Assembly: GCF_001194135.2 (NCBI RefSeq)
Contig: NC_068986.1
Span: 21,489,540-21,553,539 of the forward strand
Length of the DNA stretch: 64,000 nt
Direction of reading: 5' to 3'
Origin: Octopus bimaculoides
Taxonomy: Eukaryota
Below, piece after piece: positions 24,403-45,080 of the stretch. A program made the position numbers and the translations under genes. Under the pieces are notes generated by a model. The model did no database searches, was not told the DNA's origin, and worked only from the letters and a program-made list of their open reading frames with translations. Position 1 is the stretch's first letter, and every line of letters begins with the position of its first letter.

Positions 24403-24766
24403 TAGATAGATATGTATGTATGTATGTATACACACACATACAAACATTACAAGTTATCTATTTATCGGGCGGATATGTGTAAATATATTCCTTTGAGCGA
24501 TTTTATAATTAAAATATTCCAGATTTGATAAATTTGGTTAACTTTATAAATAATATATACACACACACACATATATATATATATTGATTCTTTACATTCA
24601 TCATCATCATCACCCTAAGTCTGTAGAATCTACGTCGATCAGTAATAATACTACGGTGTCCACGCTTTAAAAAAAATCGGGTTAAAATGTCACATTTTAC
24701 AGAATTAGTTAAAAAATATTTTACTCATACCCTTATTTTTTGACTTATCTCGTTTCCTATTTCCAT
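382..24766 (-). CDS. ZC3H14: Zinc finger CCCH domain-containing protein 14 (Nab2 orthologue, nuclear poly(A)-binding protein); spliced gene of 15 firm coding exons plus an uncertain terminal exon (about 705-726 aa)
   Basis: Joined exons give MEIGNEISQKIR-SAIKTKLVELGAYE-DEELPDYIMVMVANKKTREQMNEDLHLFLGNSTEKFTAW-LLSILNKL (PWI-like N-terminus, close to vertebrate ZC3H14 as I recall it). Also present: QANKCLLLKAVKDAHKS, FIVTLDG, and five tandem CCCH fingers followed by LRW. All introns are GT-AG and phases chain without frameshift. Exons: 24731-24766, 23473-23515, 20052-20166, 18888-18928, 17786-17917, 16172-16578, 15761-15897, 13475-13575, 11345-11509, 9152-9383, 7675-7859, 6736-6856, 5014-5156, 3598-3710, 554-663, then either 382-481 or read-through to the stop at 517. 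Confidence 0.95.
554..663 (-). CDS. ZC3H14: ZC3H14 coding exon 15 (CCCH finger 5: PCRYGISCTNKTFCTFYHPPLPSKNQLRWKAEKSRAE)
   Basis: Acceptor ctccAG, phase 0; C-x5-C-x5-C-x3-H finger; may extend to the stop at 517. Confidence 0.92.
1407..1655 (+). mobile_element. tRNA-headed SINE with CORE-like central block (family C), old copy
   Basis: gtgttcttgagcaaaacactt...gctctagtccactcagctg resembles the CORE domain; related copies at 31055-31385, 47715-48048, 58505-58755 and 59560-59870(-). Confidence 0.6.
1770..1874. repeat. 18-bp perfect inverted repeat followed by a 34-bp tandem duplication
   Basis: gttgtcatagcaatcttt-gta-aaagattgctatgacaac at 1770-1808; acactctgatgtaaaacctgcagtttca(c/t)atgg(g/a) twice, 1807-1874. 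Confidence 0.95.
2082..2527. repeat. Long inverted repeat, arms 2082-2204 and 2404-2527, 199-bp spacer
   Basis: Arms are reverse complements with about 3 substitutions and 1 indel. Confidence 0.95.
3085..3347 (+). mobile_element. RTE-clade LINE 3' UTR fragment (family A), with the ggttggcattaggaagg block duplicated
   Basis: Shares the ggttggc(g/a)ttaggaagggcatcc...catgccagcatggaa...gttaaatgatgatg end with many copies. Confidence 0.75.
3598..3710 (-). CDS. ZC3H14: ZC3H14 coding exon 14 (finger 4: QCKFFPTCKNMNCPFTHPK)
   Basis: aatAG acceptor, GTAAGC donor, phase 1 to 0; absent from the supplied ORF track. Confidence 0.93.
4371..4528 (-). mobile_element. Young 5'-truncated RTE LINE 3' end inside an (AT)n tract
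   Basis: Nearly identical to 48460-48620 and 62722-62876; (GAT)n tail. Confidence 0.85.
4641..4868 (+). mobile_element. SINE-like repeat family E
   Basis: ggcggc...ctggcagaa...gttctgagttcaaat...tttgcctttcatcc...gtaccagttg; other copies at 28005-28200(+), 46810-47030(-) and 55165-55368(-). Confidence 0.75.
5014..5156 (-). CDS. ZC3H14: ZC3H14 coding exon 13 (fingers 2-3: KFPKCKFGQNCLYIHPKCKFDTKCSRTDCPFSH)
   Basis: ttcAG acceptor, GTAAGT donor, phase 2 to 1. Confidence 0.95.
5790..6290 (-). mobile_element. RTE LINE 3' fragment including the ORF C-terminus
   Basis: Minus frame CGRG*SRKT*DKVVRKDFQMLGL..EMIKDQKLWQFAALEKMRQAK* followed by the family A 3' UTR and a degenerate trinucleotide tail; this links family A to the RTE ORF. 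Confidence 0.8.
6736..6856 (-). CDS. ZC3H14: ZC3H14 coding exon 12 (finger 1: EKCKFWPSCQNGTHCKYYHPSSPC)
   Basis: tttgtAG acceptor, GTAAGT donor, phase 1 to 2. Confidence 0.95.
7004..7232. mobile_element. piggyBac-type MITE with TTAA target-site duplication
   Basis: TTAA|CCCtctcgttacc ... gtaatgaaaGGG|TTAA; element 7008-7228, non-coding. Confidence 0.75.
7255..7492 (-). mobile_element. tRNA-headed SINE (same head as 16958-17340) abutting a family E segment
   Basis: The reverse complement matches 16958-17095, then switches to the family E gtactttatttt...gagctcagaatgtaaag block. Confidence 0.75.
7675..7859 (-). CDS. ZC3H14: ZC3H14 coding exon 11 (KETEDKTQFIVTLDGYDAPK...TDE)
   Basis: Conserved FIVTLDG motif; ttattAG acceptor, GTAAGG donor, phase 2 to 1. 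Confidence 0.9.
8553..9010 (+). mobile_element. Interspersed repeat family F (unclassified, about 500 bp)
   Basis: A second, inverted copy lies at 55445-55995. Confidence 0.8.
9152..9383 (-). CDS. ZC3H14: ZC3H14 coding exon 10 (LDGRQNKLRQ...ARIVKKN)
   Basis: ttacAG acceptor, GTAAAA donor, phase 1 to 2; open acidic frame. Confidence 0.85.
9905..10345 (+). mobile_element. Full-length tRNA-derived SINE family B with internal (AT)n/(GT)n
   Basis: A box TGGCTGTGTGG, B box GGTTCAGTCC, tail gtaaaagag; the most abundant SINE here (more than 20 whole or partial copies). Confidence 0.85.
10815..11078 (+). mobile_element. RTE LINE 3' UTR copy next to (AT)n
   Basis: Family A end with (GAT)n tail. Confidence 0.8.
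11345..11509 (-). CDS. ZC3H14: ZC3H14 coding exon 9 (HAMIKPMFHE...FGEEEDD)
   Basis: gtatttAG acceptor, GTAATT donor, phase 1 to 1. Confidence 0.8.
11880..12300 (-). mobile_element. RTE-clade LINE relic (second family)
   Basis: ILLYSCETWAL...RTLRMIM..HWLDFISNQRLY followed by a frameshifted LRLFGHVARF motif: the RTE reverse transcriptase C-terminal signature. Confidence 0.75.
13475..13575 (-). CDS. ZC3H14: ZC3H14 coding exon 8 (SSIPPELQANKCLLLKAVKDAHKSLATQEKRNA)
   Basis: Matches the conserved PPxxQANKxLxLKA block; cttcAG acceptor, GTATGT donor. Confidence 0.92.
14418..14830 (-). mobile_element. Full-length SINE family B
   Basis: Reverse complement of the 9905-10345 type. Confidence 0.85.
15045..15245 (+). 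mobile_element. Repeat family G (terminal hairpin; Helitron/MITE-like, unclassified)
   Basis: Shared with 13985-14120 and 60430-60782; ends in a acctcc..cttc..aaggcagaggta stem-loop. Confidence 0.6.
15290..15735 (+). mobile_element. RTE LINE 3' UTR copy with a short inverted tail at its 5' junction
   Basis: (CAT)n-gtttaatgtccgctttccat at the left end; ..ggaaagcagacataaaacgatgatg at the right end. Confidence 0.75.
15761..15897 (-). CDS. ZC3H14: ZC3H14 coding exon 7 (QNRKRRIPGSVIGS...EEEEEYDPYNPSYGSVASVIRVTER)
   Basis: RKR basic patch followed by an acidic run; tttcAG acceptor, GTAAGT donor, phase 0 to 2. Confidence 0.92.
16172..16578 (-). CDS. ZC3H14: ZC3H14 coding exon 6 (Ser/Thr-rich, EFNEEQEEI...QQQLQLAR)
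   Basis: 407-nt open frame; tttcAG acceptor, GTAAGT donor, phase 1 to 0. Confidence 0.88.
16958..17340 (+). mobile_element. tRNA-derived SINE with (CAA)n tail and 11-bp target-site duplication
   Basis: A box TGGCCCAGTGG, B-like box GGTTTCGATTCC; TSD actcagattgt (16947-16957) and actcaaattgt (17341-17351). Confidence 0.85.
17786..17917 (-). CDS. ZC3H14: ZC3H14 coding exon 5 (NPPSVAAVIPQEV...LLLQTET)
   Basis: ttttttAG acceptor, GTAAAA donor, phase 1 to 1. Confidence 0.85.
18219..18680 (-). mobile_element. RTE LINE 3' UTR copy with several internal minisatellite units
   Basis: Family A end plus repeated gtgccaccngcac units. Confidence 0.8.
18888..18928 (-). CDS. ZC3H14: ZC3H14 coding exon 4 (W-LLSILNKLKAITI)
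   Basis: 41-nt exon completes the TG|G Trp codon; ttttgcAG acceptor, GTAAGA donor. Confidence 0.9.
19555..19978 (+). mobile_element. Repeat family D (RTE-like tail), one long copy plus a second tail
   Basis: catttctggccatg..gaaatatt..gggttggcaacaggaag..catgcaagcat..aagtggacatta; relatives at 5278-5505(-), 8100-8325(-), 52810-52955(+) and 59320-59530(-). Confidence 0.7.
20052..20166 (-). CDS. ZC3H14: ZC3H14 coding exon 3 (EELPDYIMVMVANKKTREQMNEDLHLFLGNSTEKFTA)
   Basis: Hallmark PWI-like segment; GTGAGT donor. Confidence 0.96.
20690..21085 (+). mobile_element. SINE family B, diverged full-length copy
   Basis: Head, (GT)n and tail are recognisable. Confidence 0.75.
21150..23350 (+). mobile_element. 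Decayed CR1/Jockey-superfamily LINE ORF2 relic in ZC3H14 intron 2 (antisense)
   Basis: Broken motifs ALDRFLTSKP (endonuclease), LSTNKATGPDNVP..IFKQC and PSLWKK (RT entry), and NLQPFKRNVN (C-terminus); many stops and frameshifts. Confidence 0.7.
23473..23515 (-). CDS. ZC3H14: ZC3H14 coding exon 2 (SAIKTKLVELGAYE)
   Basis: ttgtAG acceptor, GTAAGC donor, phase 0 to 1. Confidence 0.94.
24267..24371. other. Assembly gap (105 N) between (TA)n and (AG)n tracts in ZC3H14 intron 1
   Basis: Run of n characters. Confidence 0.99.
24731..24766 (-). CDS. ZC3H14: ZC3H14 coding exon 1 (MEIGNEISQKIR)
   Basis: ATG at 24766, GTATGA donor; matches the family N-terminus. Confidence 0.93.
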
Positions 24767-26429
24767 TTAGGATAGGTTTGATAACTTTTTAGAAAGGAAA
24801 TATAAACCGATATATTATCAAGGTAAGGTGTACAGGTTTCTTACTAATAGAGTAGTTTTTGTGGCTAATGAACCTCATGTGAATTACAAGATTCGACCAC
24901 TGATACACATAGGTCTTCACCCGAATATACAAGTGTATTAAGTTTATTGCTCAGAAATTAAATATTTAAGACACTGAACCGCGTAAAGAAAGCAATGTGC
25001 ATAGTGCAAGAACATTTTTAAAAAATGGAAATAAATAATATCTTTTTTTAGCTTTTTAATGCGTCTTGCAGTAAATATGTTAACACTAACTTACGTTTTT
25101 CTTTTTATCTTTTAAGAATTTTGTACGTTTTATTTTCCACATTAATGTAGTTCAACTAGATCTTAAATTTTCAGAAAATATAAGAACAGATATTTTTAAA
25201 GTTTAGTATATTTCTAATATGTAACCACCAAATAAGGTCAATGAAAGTTTTATCTATTTTGCGACTGAACTGAAAATTTCAAAGCTTAATGCCTAAACAT
25301 GTACTAATTACTTCAGTTTATTTTCCTACTATATTTTAGATATCTATTATTATTTACGAAATATAACCTAGTTATGTCAACCACATCTTCGTCTCCAAGT
25401 ATAACTGTTGTTGTCAACAACAACGAAGAAGGTTTTGACATTGTTGCTTGACATGCTCTAAATAACAGTTAAATCTCCCTGACGTCTCACCCTACTGTCT
25501 TGACGTAAAAAGTGAAAAAATTACATTTTGACACTTGTTCTTCTTTGGAAAGAAAAGAAAATATATGACGGCCAATGCTGGGGTTCCTAAGAAGCCATGG
25601 GATAATATATATCGGGAAAGTAAAAGACTAAATGATTATAGTTGAAACGCCTTCTTGATCAGGATTGGTCTACGGCTAAACTATAACGAAAGCACAGCTG
25701 TTGTTGCTAATAATTTATTCTTGGCAACAAATTCCATAAAAGAATAATCAAAGAAAGTCAGATGCTAAAAACCTTTAAATAGACAAGGTTGGTGCGAGGA
25801 AAAAGAAATACAAAAGAACTAACAAATGGTCCCATTTCCAGCGTTCTCCTCGAAAATATTTCCATAGTTTCTGTTTGTTTATTTATTTATTGTATTTACC
25901 TCTCAAATTTCAAAGCGTTTATGACTGGGTGTTTATTAAACTGATTGCAGTTTCCCTGCAAAAGCCAAGCTCTGTGCTCTTATTTAACAAGCTAGAGTCA
26001 TTGCGCTTTGGGAAGAAACGGTAAAGAAAGAAAATATAATTTGATATTTATCGCGTTTAGAGAAAAAAAGTGCCGAGAAGGAAATTTTGGCATAGATTCA
26101 TAGGACCTATTTTGCATAAAACATAAACAATGATTTGAATACTGACAATGAATTTCAACATTTAAATTTGAGGAGCCTTCAATTATACCTGCCAGATCTT
26201 GGAATATTCTTGTAGGTCTCATATTATTTTGATCTCATGATTACACCAAATTTTTCTATATCATGATTGAAAAGAATTTATTACATCAGTTATGAACCTT
26301 TGAAAAAAGCTACACTGCAGTTTTCATATACCATGCAATCCATACTTCTGCACAACTATCATCTATGTCTTCTCTTAAACCCAAAAAGAAATCCAAACTT
26401 TATAACTACTTTTATCCATTGATATTGTT

Positions 26430-26745
26430 TTATTCTTTTACTGGTTTCAGTCATTTGACTGTGGTCATACTGGAGCACTGCCTTTAGTCAAACAAATCAA
26501 CCCCAGGACTTACTCTTTGTAAGCCTGGTACTTACTTTATTGTTCTCTTTTGCCGAACAGCTAAGTCACAGGGACATAAACACACCATCAATTGTTAAGT
26601 GATGGTGGGAGGACAAATGCAGACATACAAATACATACATACATACATACATATATGTACGATGGGTTTCTTTCTGCTTCTATCTACCAAATCCACTGAC
26701 GAGGCTTTGGTTGGCCTGAGGCTTTAGAGTAAGGTGCCAAGGTGC
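26430..26745 (-). mobile_element. SINE family B copy
   Basis: Tail and part of the head are recognisable. Confidence 0.8.
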
Positions 26746-26849
26746 CATGCAGTCATCATCATCATCACCATTTTCTTTTAATGTCCACTTTCCATACTAG
26801 CATGGGTTGGATGTATATTAATATATTGATATTAACATAAACACGGAGC

Positions 26850-27305
26850 GTTGTAGCATTATTACAGCATCACAATACTAACCACACCATCAGATGTTGT
26901 TATACACTGCTGATCACAATGCACTTCCAATTCTGTCTTGTTTGCGTCATTCTTTTCCATCTGGACCCAAACTGTTTAACCAAATAATCTTCCCATCATA
27001 TAGGCCTTCCAAGTAACCTTTCCCATCTCTTGGATACCACTCAGCAACTGCATGGATCCAGCTATAGTTTGTGAACCTTGCAACATGTTCAACTCAATAG
27101 AACTTATGCTTTTGGTACTCTGTGATCACATCAATTACTCTACTCCATTCTCAAATTATCTCATCTCAAATATGCTCTCTTAACGATATTTGTAGCATGA
27201 ATCTTTCCATGGCTCTTTGCATTGCAGCCAATTGATATTCTGTCTTCTTCGTAGTAGCCCATATGTCTCTTGTGTATTAGAGCGCAAGTTGGACTGTGCT
27301 GCCGA
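26850..27305 (-). mobile_element. RTE-clade LINE 3' relic (third family)
   Basis: Minus-strand ET..ATTKKTE..LAAMQRAMERFML.ISLREHI, VAEWYPRD and QDR motifs. Confidence 0.7.
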
Positions 27306-28284
27306 AGAGTCTGGCATTATATAAATATTATTATTTCTCCATTGAAAGCTATGTCAGAATTGATGTGGCTAAGAAAGCAAAACATACATTTGAAATGAGA
27401 ACCAATAATTATACCTCAAATGGTATAAACCTAACTCTAACCCTAACCGCAAATACCAGTGAAGGGTCCTGCCTAAAATACCAGGTTCTCCTCTTCCTCA
27501 CAGTAAACTAATTTATTCTATGTTGTGAACTTTTTGTGCTTACTATATGCCAAAGCAGACATTCACAAGTTACTCTGAATTTTGTTTACTTAAGACAGTT
27601 TTAACTCAGTACTAAAGAGTGACTGACCTATTAACATAATATTATTTTGATTGGTATTATAGCAAAGATACCAGCAGAGTCCCAGACACACATGTAGCTG
27701 TTTAGGAATTGAACCTGAATCACTGTGATTGAATGTGGAAGCACGCTTAAAGACCCAAACAGGATTTCATCAGGGATTGATGATATCACCCAACAACTAA
27801 CATTAAGAAGTTTTTATCGACAGTTGTGCAGACCAGCAAAAATGCAAGAGACCCAGCTGAAGCTTAACTTGTTAGAACCTCAGTTGTAAACAACATATTG
27901 GAATGTCATAAACAATTTTGTCTTTGGAACCTTTCTTCAATGGCCATTAGGTATATATAGATCGTTTGTCTGGTAACTGACCAATGGTTGTGACTCAGTT
28001 GGTCAACTTGCTGCAGGAACGGATCTTTACCTTTTGGCCGGCACATTTTGAGTTCAAATTCTGCTGAGGTCGACTTTGCCTTTCATCTTTTGGGGGTTGA
28101 TAAATGAAGTACCAGTTGCATCCTGGGGTCGATCTAATCAACTGGTTCCCTCCCCCAAAATTTCAGGCCTTGTGCCTAGAGTAGAAAAGGATATTATTCA
28201 TGTTTTATGAGAAATTGAATTAAATATGAATACTTTATATAGGTAGTGTTCAATGATTTGATTCCTGCATCTATCTTATATTTT

Positions 28285-28630
28285 TTACCTGTTTCAGTCA
28301 TTTGACTACAGCCAAACAAATCGACCCCGAGCCTATTTTTTTAAAGCTTAGTACTTATTCTATCAGTCTCTTTGTTGAACTGCTAAGCTATGGGGATGTA
28401 AACACACCAACACCAGTTGTCAAGTGGCAGTGGGGAACAAACACAGACATAAAGGCACACACTGATAGATAGATAAATAGATAGATAGATGTGTATGATG
28501 GGCTTCTTTCAGTTTCCGTTTATCAATTACACTCACATGGCTTTGGTCGGACCAAGGCTGCTGTAGAAGACTCTTGCTCAAGGTGCCACACAGTGGGACT
28601 GAACCCAGAACCATGTGTTTGAGAAGCAAG
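28285..28630 (-). mobile_element. SINE family B copy
   Basis: Head to tail recognisable. Confidence 0.8.
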
Positions 28631-28759
28631 CTTCTTACCACACGGCCATGCCTACCAGAGTCTTTCTCTCTCATACTATTTTTTCTTTCTGAGATTGTAG
28701 CAAGATTTAAAACTGAATCTATGAATTGCCAATTTAAAATGAGTTTAGTAACATCTTTT

Positions 28760-28890
28760 TCACATGATTGGTTGAGTAATGGACCAATCAGCAGCCAGAT
28801 ATCACATGATGCATCTTCCTAGAAGCCTCCAGAATATTCTACCAACAAGGCCTATAAATAGGCATGTTTTGAGCACCAAATTTCAGTTTG
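28760..28890 (+). promoter_or_regulatory. Orphan Pol II core-promoter arrangement (ATTGG, CCAAT, TATAAATA, TCAGTT initiator)
   Basis: ATTGG 28767-28771, CCAAT 28784-28788, TATAAATA 28853-28860, TCAGTT 28883-28888 (A is 32 nt after the TATA start). Confidence 0.45.
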
Positions 28891-29571
28891 TTGCTGTCTG
28901 CAGCTAAGCTAACCACATACTCATTTTTGCTGCTTTTGCCAGCCACTTCATCAATCCTTTCTCTTATATCATTCCTCAGGAATTCTCCCTTTGCTTTGCT
29001 TTTTCTGCAGTTGTCAACTATGGTTATTCAAAAAGAATATCAACTGAATCAACCTCACTGTCCTGGTCTTGGAGGGCTTGCAAAACACACAGGCATAACC
29101 CCTTCTTCCAGCTATGTGTGTATAAGTGTGTGCATTGCCTACAAATATCAATCATTGGCCTCCATAACAAAGTCTGAAGATTTATTAATTTTCTTGGGGA
29201 AGATACAGCAGTGGATCCTGTTGTCTTCCACCAGTGTATTTACAGTTTAAGTCTGCAAGTCTCCTGCTTTCTCAAGTTTACCCTTGAAGCACAGTGCCTA
29301 GAGATCCTAATTTGGGTAACCTCGGGAATATTTGCAAGTATAAGGGTAAGTTATAAAGTAGTGCAATTTTTATTTGCATTACTTTCTGGCAGAAAAAAAT
29401 AAAACATTTAAAAAAAATTTGACAGCATATTTTATATGTCTGTTTCAGTCGGTAACACATCAAGGCACACACACACATATATATGTATATATATAGGAAA
29501 TATTCTCAATATAAAATAGTGTACATGTAAACACAAAAGAAAACTGCCTTCAACAGGCAGTTTTTACACGC

Positions 29572-29605
<34 letters not shown>

Positions 29606-29894
29606 AAGAGAGATAGCATAAGAAACACGATACAAAGGGACATAACAAAGAGATACGTCTGTATATTTCAAGTTACCTCCCTTGAATCTAGTTCGGCTTG
29701 ACTCGAAGCTAAAAGAATTGGAATTGCTAAACGTCCATCCTAGCAAGCAAAAAAGTGGACGTAAAACGATAATGAATGAATAGATAACTAAAAGATTTCT
29801 GTTCTATGTTATAGAGATAATGTTATTTTCCAAGACTGTGCTTGAAAAAGAAATTATAATTGAGTTGTCAAGGCTATTTTTTTTTATCGTCAGC

Positions 29895-30591
29895 AGTGGA
29901 GGCTATTTTCTTTTATCGTCAGAGAGCGTAGCTGCTAGAATAATAGGCAGGGCGAAGTTCAGAGAGATTCTACCTTTGTCGGTTACAAAGGGCCTCTCTC
30001 TTAGGGTGAAAGGCAGATTGTATGATGCCTGTGTGCGAACAGCCATGCTACATGGCAATGAAGCATAGGCTGGCAGAAGACATGCGATACTACGCTGCGT
30101 TGGACGGGCAATGTCAGTGTGCATGTACGACAGAGATTAAGCGTCTTGAAAGAAAAAGTTGGGCATAAGAGGCATCAGATGTGGTGTGCATGAGGAATGA
30201 CTGTTGGTACGGTCCTGTGATGCGTATGGATGAGGACAGCTGCATAAAGAAGGGCTGATCTCTAACTGTGGAGGGAACACGTGGAAGAGGTAGACCCAGG
30301 AAGACATGGGATGAGATGGTAAGCATAATCTCTAAATATGGAGATCAGCACTTCTTTATGCAGCAGTCCTCATCCATATGCATCACCAACAGTCATCTCT
30401 CTTGCACACCACATATGATGCCTCTTATGCCCCATTTTTCTCTCAAGACGCTTACTCCCTGTTATACATGCTCACTGACATCGCACATCTAGCACAGCAT
30501 AGTATTGCATGTCTTCTGCCAGCCTATGCTTCATTGCCATGTAGCATGGCTATTCACACACAAGCATCATACAATCTACCTTTCACTCTAA
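29895..30591. mobile_element. RTE LINE RT C-terminal relic (+) with an inverted partial duplicate (-)
   Basis: SESVAARI..AKFREILPL..TKGLSLRVKGRLYDACVRTAMLHG and GRGRPRKTWDE; 30341-30591 is the reverse complement of 30001-30262. Confidence 0.85.
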
Positions 30592-31054
30592 CACTAGACT
30601 ATGCTGTACCATGTCATTGGCATCGGTCACAACTACAATTTCTTTCACTTGGCTTGATGAGTCTTCTCAGGTACAACAAATTGCCAAAAGTTGCAATCAC
30701 TTGTCATCGCCTGGACTAACCTCTTTATCCATAGCCACCTAGTGGCTTCTGCAGCTTCAGTAATGGAATTTATGGCTCTCTTCTTTGCAGCATCAATAAC
30801 TCCAAACCCAATCAGAGAAAATCTACCTCAATGAATTTTAACCCATGCAAGCATAGAAAAGCAGATGTTATAATGATGATTTAGTCTGCAAAGCATGACA
30901 GCATTTCCAGTCTGACTTGCCATCTAGGGTACTGAGAGAAATCTCTAAATGGTCGTTCAATCTACTTGAAATAGGAGACTGCTCTTCCTCAAATAATGTC
31001 CTCCTAGTTTCATCAAAGATAGTCACAGTGGATAATGTAGTTCTAGACAAATCG

Positions 31055-31385
31055 TCATGGAGGTGCATAGTTCAGTAGTTAGAGCATTGGGCTCACAATC
31101 ATGAGGTATTGAGTTTGATTTCTGGACCAGGCTGTTTGTTGTTCTAGAGCAAGAGACTTTATTTCATGTTGCTCCAGTTCACTCAGCTGTAGAAATGAGT
31201 TGTGATGTCACCGGTGCCAAGCTGTTTCAGCCCTTGGATAACATTGGTGGCATGGAGAGGGGAGGTTGGTAGGCATGGGTGACTGCTGGTCCTCTATAAA
31301 CAACCTTGCCGAGACTTGTACCTTGGAGGGTAACTTTCAAGGTGCAATTCCATAGCTATTCATGACTGAAGGGGGTCTTTACCCC
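31055..31385 (+). mobile_element. SINE family C (CORE-like), full length
   Basis: Closely similar to 47715-48048. Confidence 0.8.
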
Positions 31386-32221
31386 AGATAATCTTAGAAA
31401 TAAGACAGTATGAGCATTGCGGGTATGCTGATGATCAACTCAACTGGAGCTGTATAACTTACACAGTGATATAATAAAAACATGTATTTCTATATAACTG
31501 TAAACAGAGACATTTAGCAAACAGGATATAAACAGAAAATAGGAAAATGAGTTTATCAGAAATAAGCTCTAAGTACACCTTCTTTCTTGGTTCCTATTTA
31601 GCCAATATTCATGTTTATATCCAATGTAGAGAAAATTGATTGAACAAAATCCACATTCATGACAATCACCATCATCATTGATGGAGTGGAAAGAATTCGT
31701 TTGAGAGAGGTTTTCATGACTGGATACCCTTCCTGTTGCTAACCCTCACCTGTTACATTCCCCTTAGCCAAACATGTTTGCACAGAACACAAGTAAATGA
31801 CACAACTTGTATGACATTGAAGCTTACAGCTACAACACAATGCCAAGACAAGGTCTCACACACACACACAAAGGGTCTTTTAGTTTTTGTCTACCAAATC
31901 CACTTACAAGGCTTTGGTCAAGCATGGAGTTATAGTAGAAGACACATGCCCAAGGCACCACACAATGGAACTGAATTCAAAACCATGAGATTAGGAAGCA
32001 ATTCTTAACCACATAGCCATGTTTTCAAATTCTTTGTACAATGTAAGCTTAATAAATTTTGAAGAAATAATTTTGTTAATCAGAAAATCTCTAAGGTAGA
32101 AATAACTTCAAAAGGGCCAAACAAAAAAAAAAAAAATTCGTTTGTGACAAAATAACACAAAAATAGAAAAAAGATGGTAAACATTTATTAAAAAGAAAAT
32201 TATCCATTATAAAAGAGGTAT

Positions 32222-44804
<12,583 letters not shown>

Positions 44805-44809
44805 ATTTC

Positions 44810-45080
44810 GTTATTAACCGGAAGTAATGACGAAATGACGTCACTTCCTGGTAACTTAGACTGTTTATGCTATGACTTCCCTGACTTTGATGCATGCCGA
44901 GTATTGTGTACATTATTTGAGACAGGTTTGTGTTTTGTTTTTAGTAGTTGTGTGAAATTATATCGATAATAGCCCAGAATAGTGATGTCTCTTCAGTGAA
45001 AGCATTTTTAGTGCCTCTTAGAGACAAATTTGTGATATATATTTTTTTAAAGTTCGATATTTTTCGTTTTACTTTTTACC
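44810..45080. promoter_or_regulatory. Bidirectional promoter between PSMC4 (-) and CLHC1 (+) with two opposed ETS sites and a CRE
   Basis: CCGGAAGT at 44818-44825, TGACG at 44828-44832, TGACGTCA at 44836-44843 overlapping ACTTCCTG at 44843-44850. Locally CpG-rich; the genes diverge from it. Confidence 0.7.

Noticed and set aside
24177-24447. Five ORFs spanning the N run
   Set aside because: Artefacts of (TA)n, (AG)n and the assembly gap.
27425-27450. Telomere-like cctaactctaaccctaacc
   Set aside because: Fewer than three perfect units; such strings are common in AT-rich DNA-element relics.
28888-29250. 120-aa ORF with a hydrophobic N-terminus in the supplied track
   Set aside because: It starts at TTG, has no recognisable domain and no splice support; kept only as context for the orphan promoter finding.
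44840-44855. RFX X-box (GTCAC-N5-GGTAAC) that would suit a ciliary gene
   Set aside because: The spacer is longer than the usual consensus, and the sequence is fully explained by the ETS-CRE motif.
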